Positions 7,604 through 13,471 of a DNA stretch of 13,471 nt are shown in pieces; within the stretch, counting starts at the first letter, position 1; the number at the start of each line of letters is the position of its first letter. A program made the translations under genes and the position numbers. Below the pieces are notes generated by a model, which saw nothing but the letters and a program-made list of their open reading frames with translations, did not search any database and had not been told where the DNA came from. This DNA is from Promethearchaeota archaeon Loki_b31 (GTDB lineage: Archaea > Asgardarchaeota > Lokiarchaeia > Sigyniarchaeales > SOKP01), in NCBI GenBank assembly GCA_005222975.1, contig NJBI01000077.1, positions 1-13,471 of the forward strand, written 5' to 3'.

Positions 7604-8614
7604 TTAATTATTTATTGGATAAAACTTTATCTCTTTCTTTTCTTCAATTCGCTTAATTAGGTTTTCTTTTTCCAACATTTTTATTGTAAGACACACCCAT
7701 CCCCTTACCATTTCGAATCGTATCTTCTTTCCATTTGGATATAATTCTCGAATAATGTCGTTGGGAGATATACCCTTTTCAGGATAAGCTTCAATAATAT
7801 CTAATAAATTTTGAGTCCGTTCTTTTCTATGTTTTAAAATCTCAATACTTCGCTCTCTTGGATTATTAATAATGTTTCCATGAGCGGCTAATATTATTTT
7901 AAGATTAGGTAAGTTTTGAATCGTTTCAACAGATTCAATATAATCCTCTACGCTGCAATTTGGAGGACCAAGCCAAGTAGTCATAGAATTTAAAATATTA
8001 TCTCCAGAAAATAAAATTCCCTTTTCTTCATTGTATAAAGAGATATGGTCTATTGCATGTCCGGGCGAATGAAAAATTCTCCAATTCTCACCGTTTATTG
8101 AAATTTCAGTATTATCTTTAATAATTTCATCTGGATCGGTAACAAATGAAAGCCCATATAACCGTTTAAAAAATAGATGTGTTAATATTTTTTGTAAGAA
8201 GCTCCTTATTCTATACCGAAACCCTTTTTGTATGATTAGATAATCCTCATAACTATCTGCATTAAAAGATTTCATAAAACTTTTCTTATTCTTTATAATT
8301 TCAGCTGTTTTCTCTGTTAGTGCAATTTTAACTCCTAATGACTCCCTTATCTTTATTAACCCTGCAAAATGATCAGGGTGGCCATGCGACACAAGGATTC
8401 GCGTTATTTTAAAATCTTCTTTTTTATCCCTATACATCTGTTCTATTTTGTTTATTTCTTTAATAAGGAATTTTACCATCTTTTTATTACCAAAACCAGC
8501 GTCAAAGATTAATCCATCAGGACCGGCTATAACATAAATGTTTTCTGAAGGCTTAATTCGCTCGAAACCACTTTTTTCTTTAATCAAAAATATACCGGGA
8601 ATTACTTCTTCCAT
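7604..8614 (-). CDS. Metallo-beta-lactamase-fold hydrolase with probable C-terminal winged helix (LACTB2-like architecture)
   Basis: IFDAG, SHGHPDHFAG (HxHxDH), SPGHAIDH, FSGDNIL, AAHG; C-terminal segment ISPNDIIRELYP...IKMLEKENLIKR. Confidence 0.88.
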   Translation of the reverse strand: MEEVIPGIFLIKEKSGFERIKPSENIYVIAGPDGLIFDAGFGNKKMVKFLIKEINKIEQMYRDKKEDFKITRILVSHGHPDHFAGLIKIRESLGVKIALTEKTAEIIKNKKSFMKSFNADSYEDYLIIQKGFRYRIRSFLQKILTHLFFKRLYGLSFVTDPDEIIKDNTEISINGENWRIFHSPGHAIDHISLYNEEKGILFSGDNILNSMTTWLGPPNCSVEDYIESVETIQNLPNLKIILAAHGNIINNPRERSIEILKHRKERTQNLLDIIEAYPEKGISPNDIIRELYPNGKKIRFEMVRGWVCLTIKMLEKENLIKRIEEKKEIKFYPINN

Positions 8615-8676
8615 GATAAATAATCATTTAAATAAATAAATGAATTTAAAAAAAGATTTGGTATATAATTGGTTTA

Positions 8677-8686
8677 TATAAAAAGA
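8677..8686 (-). promoter_or_regulatory. Candidate archaeal TATA box (TCTTTTTATA) for the MBL hydrolase
   Basis: 63 bp upstream of ATG 8614; an identical 10-mer sits at the same distance before the esterase. Confidence 0.4.
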
Positions 8687-8710
8687 ATATTTCTAATAAT
8701 ATCAAAGAAA

Positions 8711-10297
8711 TTAAGTTTGTTCACTTATTACTTCTTTAATTTTATCGTGTGCTAAGATTTTGGGCAGATGATTTTGTTGTGAGGCTTTTACGACAGATTT
8801 TTCGCTGGAAATATAAATATCCTTCATCAGTTCCTCTGGATTCTTTAATTCGTCAGATATGACTTTGGTGGTAATTCCTTGGGTGTACAACATGCCCAAT
8901 CCACCTAAAACTCCTTGTTTTATTAATCTACCCATACATGAAAGCATCCAATTAAATTTTCCAAAAGGATTCATATACTCTTTTGCTCTTCTTATAATCC
9001 AACTTCTTAAGTAGAAAGCAGCATAACCTTCAGCAACTAATTGAAGAAAATCTTTAGACGACAATTCTTCAGTTCTCATCATTGGATGAAACAAATCATA
9101 AAACTTGTAATTATTAGTAGTTATCATGCCCTTTTCTTTCATTTCGTCGTAAAATTCGGTCCCAGGAAAAGCGGTAATCGGTGTAAACTGAACAATATCT
9201 AAATCTAAGTCAATTGCATACTGAATAGTTTGCCGAACCATCCGTTTTGTTTCCCCCGGGAAGCCAATAATAACTCCTCCAAAGATGGATATACCTTTAT
9301 CTCGTAGGCTTTTTACCACTTTTTGAACCATAGCTGGCGTTGTATTTTTCTTATTCATAGCATCTAAACTTTGTTGATGTACTGATTCAATTCCTAGAAA
9401 TACTTGCTTAAATCCAGCTTTATAAAGTTTATCGATTAATACAGGGTTTCTATACAATGTATCAACCCGTGATTGGCAGGAAAAGTGCATCTTATTTGGG
9501 ACACCCGACTTTATAATTGTGTCTAAAATTTTATGGGTTCGTTTTACGTTTATGGTTAAATTATCCTCGCAAAAGAATATAAAATCGTTTTTCCAATCTA
9601 CATCATAAATTTCTCGCATAATTCTTGAAATTGATTTAGTTCTGTAAGTAATAGGTTGATTCGAATTTCGCCACATCTTTATAATACAACAAAACTTGCA
9701 ATTGTGTGGACAACCTCGAGAAGTCTCAACTTGTTGAGTTGTTGTTCCTAAATAAGTGTAAAGTTTCCCTTTTAAAAGATCTCTGCGAGGCATCGGAAAA
9801 TTATCTAAATTGCATTCCAATTGTCGCTCATTATTGTGGATTATTTTACCATCTTTATTTAAGTAGGATATTCCATCAATTTCTTTTATAGAAACATTGT
9901 TTTTGTTGCCATCGATATAATCAATAATCTCTTTAAAGGTATGTTCTCCCTCTCCTCGAACGGTAAAATCTACATATTCATGCTTAGCTACGAATTCAGG
10001 TACTAATGTAGGATGATATCCTCCTACAATTGTGATACATCCTTGCTTTTTAGCCATATTCGCAACTTCTAATGCGGAATAAATCTGAGGGGTCATACTT
10101 GTAATAGCTACTACGTCGTACCGATTTAGTTCACTACGAAATTGCTTTTCACGATATTTATCTACCTTAAAATCAAACAATTTTGCTTCGTGCTCTGGTA
10201 CCATAGCAGCTATTGAAATTAAACTTAGGGGCGAACCCGTAATTATTGAGTCTAATCCCGACTGTAAACGAGCAGGATTTATATATAATATCTTCAT
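8711..10297 (-). CDS. Cobalamin-binding radical SAM enzyme (BchE/HpnR-like group)
   Basis: N-terminal B12-binding domain (KILYINP...PLSLISIAA...DVVAITSMT...GGYHPT...RGEGE), ETSRGCPHNCKFC (CxxxCxxC), EDNL, LGIES, IIGFPGET, FPGTEFY. Confidence 0.93.
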   Translation of the reverse strand: MKILYINPARLQSGLDSIITGSPLSLISIAAMVPEHEAKLFDFKVDKYREKQFRSELNRYDVVAITSMTPQIYSALEVANMAKKQGCITIVGGYHPTLVPEFVAKHEYVDFTVRGEGEHTFKEIIDYIDGNKNNVSIKEIDGISYLNKDGKIIHNNERQLECNLDNFPMPRRDLLKGKLYTYLGTTTQQVETSRGCPHNCKFCCIIKMWRNSNQPITYRTKSISRIMREIYDVDWKNDFIFFCEDNLTINVKRTHKILDTIIKSGVPNKMHFSCQSRVDTLYRNPVLIDKLYKAGFKQVFLGIESVHQQSLDAMNKKNTTPAMVQKVVKSLRDKGISIFGGVIIGFPGETKRMVRQTIQYAIDLDLDIVQFTPITAFPGTEFYDEMKEKGMITTNNYKFYDLFHPMMRTEELSSKDFLQLVAEGYAAFYLRSWIIRRAKEYMNPFGKFNWMLSCMGRLIKQGVLGGLGMLYTQGITTKVISDELKNPEELMKDIYISSEKSVVKASQQNHLPKILAHDKIKEVISEQT

Positions 10298-10515
10298 TTT
10301 TAACTTGAGAGTTTTTTATTTTCAAAAATTGAGCGTAACTTTAACAATCGCGAAATAGATAGGCTACAATTCATTTAGTTAATAATTTTAAAGAAAATAT
10401 AATATTTAAATTTGTTGATTCTACATAGTTTTTGTTTATTCAATATAGTGATATTTTCTTTTTCTTTCCTAATTTTTCTTATTAATATATATAATATTAA
10501 TGATTATGAAATGTT

Positions 10516-11382
10516 ATGGTATTCTCCAAATCAATAATTGATATTATAAAGCACCGGACATCTTGGAGAACTTATTCTAAACGGTTACTTGAAGAACAAA
10601 TAAAGGAAAAGCTCTATGAAATTTTAAAATTGCGTAATTTTAAAAGTCCGTTTAGCGAGATTGCTGGAAATTGTCGATTTGATTTAATAGGTATGCCAGA
10701 ATTTGACCCGGATGAAAAGAAAAAATTGGGAACCTATGGTTTAATAAAGGGCGCCCAAGAATTTATTGTTGGAGCAGTTGAAAAATCTGATTATGACCGG
10801 GAAAATTATGGTTATCTTTTAGAAGCTATTATTTTATCTGCAACTGATATGAATTTAGGCACATGTTGGTTAGGAGGTTTTTTTAATCAAAGTCTTTTTT
10901 CTAAAAAAATCGAATGCGAACCTAACGAAGTTGTACCCGCAATTACACCTGTAGGACACCCCGCAGAAACTAGAAGAGCAAAAGAAAAAATGATCCGTTC
11001 GTTCGTAAAAGCTAACGCAAGGTATCCATGGGATCAGCTTTTTTTTGAACGAGATTTCTCTACTACTCTTTCTCAAGAAAATATTGGTAAATATGCAACT
11101 TTACTAGAAATGGTTCGTCTTGGCCCATCTGCAGGTAATAAGCAGCCATGGAGAATAATAAAAGAGCTGGACGCTGATAAGTTTCATTTTTACGTAAGGT
11201 TTTCAAAAGATAAAAAAGGTTTGATTTATAACAAATTTGTACGTCTCGATATTGGGATTGCTGTATGTCACTTTGATCTGAGTGCGAAAGAAGTCGGAAT
11301 AGGTGGAAAATGGGCGTTTTCAGAGCCAAATATTGAGAAGCCCGAAGAATTAAAATATGTAATATCGTGGGATGGTATGTAA
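10516..11382 (+). CDS. Nitroreductase-family flavoprotein (TM1586-like, long form)
   Basis: IKHRTSWRTYS, GYLLEAIILSATDMNLGTCWLGG, VRLGPSAGNKQPWR, LDIGIAVCHF. Confidence 0.9.
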   Translation: MVFSKSIIDIIKHRTSWRTYSKRLLEEQIKEKLYEILKLRNFKSPFSEIAGNCRFDLIGMPEFDPDEKKKLGTYGLIKGAQEFIVGAVEKSDYDRENYGYLLEAIILSATDMNLGTCWLGGFFNQSLFSKKIECEPNEVVPAITPVGHPAETRRAKEKMIRSFVKANARYPWDQLFFERDFSTTLSQENIGKYATLLEMVRLGPSAGNKQPWRIIKELDADKFHFYVRFSKDKKGLIYNKFVRLDIGIAVCHFDLSAKEVGIGGKWAFSEPNIEKPEELKYVISWDGM

Positions 11383-11524
11383 CCTTCTAAATTATATACT
11401 TTTTTTAAAGAGATAAAGATTTTTTATTATTTTTAAATCGTGAAACACTCATTTTACGAATTCATTTCCATAACTGATTTTTATAGGATTCTGTACTCAA
11501 AATATTTATAAAATTTTTGCAGAT

Positions 11525-12598
11525 CTAAATTTTGAATAATAGGTTAGTGAAGTCAGCTATCTTACTAATGGCATCTTTAGCTTCCGGAATAAGTTCATAT
11601 ATTAATCCTTGAAATACATGCGACATATCATCCCATGATTGTAATATTGCGTTTGTTCCTGCCTTCTTAGCTTTTTCAACAAAGCGAGTAGCGTCACTAT
11701 AAAGCATTTCACATGAGCTTGCTTGTACTAATATTGGAGGTAGTCCCTTTAAATCCGCGAATAATGGCGAGATATATGGATTGCGAGGGTCCTCTCCAGC
11801 AAGATAGGCGACATACCACCAAAATACGCCGACATCTGCCAATGAGGGATCGGTTTCAGCATTTTTAAAATAGGAATCATCAGCTAAAGTAAAGTCTGTC
11901 GCAGGTGATAGGCAAATTGCTCCAGCAGGTAAGTCAATTCCTAGATCTCTTATTTTTAAAAGAGTTGTTAGAGTTAAATTTCCTCCAGCAGAATCTCCCG
12001 CTATGATTATATGGTCACTTTTAAATCCATTTGCCAATAACCATTTGTATGCGTTGACACAGTCTTCTAACGGAACGGGGAATGGATGTTCTGGGGCAAG
12101 ACGATAATCAATACTAAGAATTTTAAGGCGTGTAGCTTCAACTATAGAAGAATTTAACCTCCGGCAAGTTAAAGGAGAACCAAGTATCCATCCACCCCCG
12201 TGAAGATATAAAATTATATGATCTTCTATTGGATCTGAGGGTAGAACCCACTCAGCAGGAATTTTTTCAAGCATTGTAGATTTGATCTCAATTTCCTTCG
12301 GAATGGGATAGTCTTCTAATTCTTGGATTGCTGAATGTTCAATTGCATACCGTAATAATCCTGTTATATAATTCCTTTCTTCACCAGTTAATTTATCATG
12401 GAGCTCAACCATTCCAGCTTTTTTTTTAAAGAAAAGTTCATTTAAATCCAGAACTTTCTTATAGATTTTAAGAAAATTAAATTGCTTATTTTCTTCGAGT
12501 TCCGTAAATTGAAGAATAAATTTCATTATTTCTTTAAACCCTTCATCCCATATTTTGAGAATATCAGGTCGAATTTTTTTTCGGTCTAAAATTGTCAT
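11525..12598 (-). CDS. HSL-family (family IV) alpha/beta-hydrolase esterase/lipase
   Basis: LYLHGGGW oxyanion motif, DYRLAPEHPFP, GDSAGG nucleophile, CEML (acid) and MSHVFQ (His) completing the triad. The true start may be upstream at 12633. Confidence 0.93.
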   Translation of the reverse strand: MTILDRKKIRPDILKIWDEGFKEIMKFILQFTELEENKQFNFLKIYKKVLDLNELFFKKKAGMVELHDKLTGEERNYITGLLRYAIEHSAIQELEDYPIPKEIEIKSTMLEKIPAEWVLPSDPIEDHIILYLHGGGWILGSPLTCRRLNSSIVEATRLKILSIDYRLAPEHPFPVPLEDCVNAYKWLLANGFKSDHIIIAGDSAGGNLTLTTLLKIRDLGIDLPAGAICLSPATDFTLADDSYFKNAETDPSLADVGVFWWYVAYLAGEDPRNPYISPLFADLKGLPPILVQASSCEMLYSDATRFVEKAKKAGTNAILQSWDDMSHVFQGLIYELIPEAKDAISKIADFTNLLFKI

Positions 12599-12660
12599 TT
12601 TTTTTCCTTACTCTCTTTTCTTAGATTTTTCATTAGTTAGTATATAGAATGACTTTTTTG

Positions 12661-12670
12661 TATAAAAAGA
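12661..12670 (-). promoter_or_regulatory. Candidate archaeal TATA box (TCTTTTTATA) for the esterase
   Basis: 63 bp upstream of ATG 12598 and 28 bp upstream of ATG 12633. Confidence 0.45.
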
Positions 12671-12719
12671 TTTATATGTAGAAGACAACCGCTATACTAA
12701 ATTAAAATTGATTAATTTT

Positions 12720-13268
12720 TTATAATTTAACATAATAATAGGTATTAATATCTTGCTTGACATCCTTTAACTCTAATTTATACGACAATTTCAGAATCTT
12801 CTCAAAATTTTTCAACGGATATTTAAAAGATATGACGATTGCTCCTGTTTTTGCTGTTAAAAACACGTGTTTTAATAATCTTTGCATTGTAGGCAAGGAA
12901 AAAATATAAATAAAGTCATAATTTTTTAGAGAAATGTTAAATAAGTCTTTAGTTATTAATTTAATTTTGCGAAATAACTTTTTCTTATATTTCTTTTCTC
13001 TTTTTAACATTTTTACTTTTTGTTTTGCTTCAATAATTAAATTCACATTAATTTCAATACCAAATGACTTTATTCCGTAATTTAAAGCAGAATAAATGAT
13101 TATTTGACCATTCCCCGCCCCCAAATCTACGAGTTTTTGGTTAGAGTTTCTCGTTAAACCAAATTTAACTTGAAGAATATAAAATATTTCTTCCAGCAGA
13201 TCGAGGGGGGTTTCTGAAAAAGGTAATTGAAGTTGTGAAAGAAAATTCTCTCTATTCTTCTTTAACAT
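12720..13268 (-). CDS. Class I SAM-dependent methyltransferase, FAM173/archaeal aKMT-like protein lysine methyltransferase
   Basis: LPFSETP, VDLGAGNGQII (motif I), GIEIN, DLFNISLKNYDFIYIFSLP, GAIVISFKYPL, terminal TYYYV; the order matches the aKMT/FAM173 pattern as I recall it. Confidence 0.8.
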   Translation of the reverse strand: MLKKNRENFLSQLQLPFSETPLDLLEEIFYILQVKFGLTRNSNQKLVDLGAGNGQIIIYSALNYGIKSFGIEINVNLIIEAKQKVKMLKREKKYKKKLFRKIKLITKDLFNISLKNYDFIYIFSLPTMQRLLKHVFLTAKTGAIVISFKYPLKNFEKILKLSYKLELKDVKQDINTYYYVKL

Positions 13269-13471
13269 GTTGAAATTTCACAGATTAACTAAGAATTTTG
13301 TTTGAGTCAATAATTTTATTATTATTTTTTTCAATTAAAATTTAAGCTAAAAAAGAAGCAAATTATATAAAATGAAAAATTCTAATTCTCCTATTTTCCA
13401 TACTCTTAAGGGTGACAAACCCCAATATTTTAAGAAGCTTTAAAAACCAAATTTAATGATTTTAAATATTC

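Noticed and set aside
6468-7607. Track ORFs 6468-6686 and 7293-7607 (+)
   Set aside because: Antisense shadows of the GH4 gene.
8711-10297. Radical SAM enzyme as maturase for the Cys-rich tail (RiPP cluster)
   Set aside because: It is B12-type with no SPASM or RRE domain and lies about 7 kb away on the other strand, separated by unrelated genes.
10481-10501. ATTAATAT-N5-ATATTAAT palindrome upstream of the nitroreductase
   Set aside because: All A/T and overlapping a TATA-like tract; cannot be told from background.
9706-11329. Track ORFs 9706-9891, 10870-11076 and 11063-11329
   Set aside because: Short antisense shadows inside the radical SAM and nitroreductase genes.
1-13471. CRISPR arrays, tRNA/rRNA, IS elements, integrases, SECIS/selenoprotein signals
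   Set aside because: No spaced direct repeats, GC-rich structured RNA blocks, transposase motifs, terminal inverted repeats or in-frame TGA within conserved domains were seen; intergenic gaps are short and AT-rich.

Overview
An AT-rich window (roughly 30% GC by eye) with about 11 protein-coding genes and no recognisable RNA gene, CRISPR array or mobile element. The Hef/FANCM-type helicase, aKMT-like methyltransferase, zinc-ribbon membrane protein and oligo-T gene ends suggest an archaeon, most plausibly an Asgard (Lokiarchaeia/Promethearchaeota-like) lineage; this is inference. In order: a five-TM membrane glycerophosphodiester phosphodiesterase (- strand, runs off the left edge, missing from the ORF track); a divergent pair of a zinc-ribbon/2-TM/Cys-rich-tail protein and a His/Cys (DUF2085-like) membrane protein; a Hef-like SF2 helicase without an ERCC4 nuclease domain; a GPH/MelB-family MFS transporter split by a 1-bp frameshift; a GH4 alpha-galactosidase; an MBL-fold hydrolase; a B12-binding radical SAM enzyme; a TM1586-type nitroreductase; an HSL-family esterase; and a FAM173/aKMT-like methyltransferase. 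The strongest lead is the phosphodiesterase, whose architecture and motifs resemble animal GDE2/GDE3/GDE6 (GPI-anchor-cleaving ecto-enzymes), together with the Cys-rich membrane gene pair that shares its promoter region. All family assignments come from motif recognition and memory; no database search was run.
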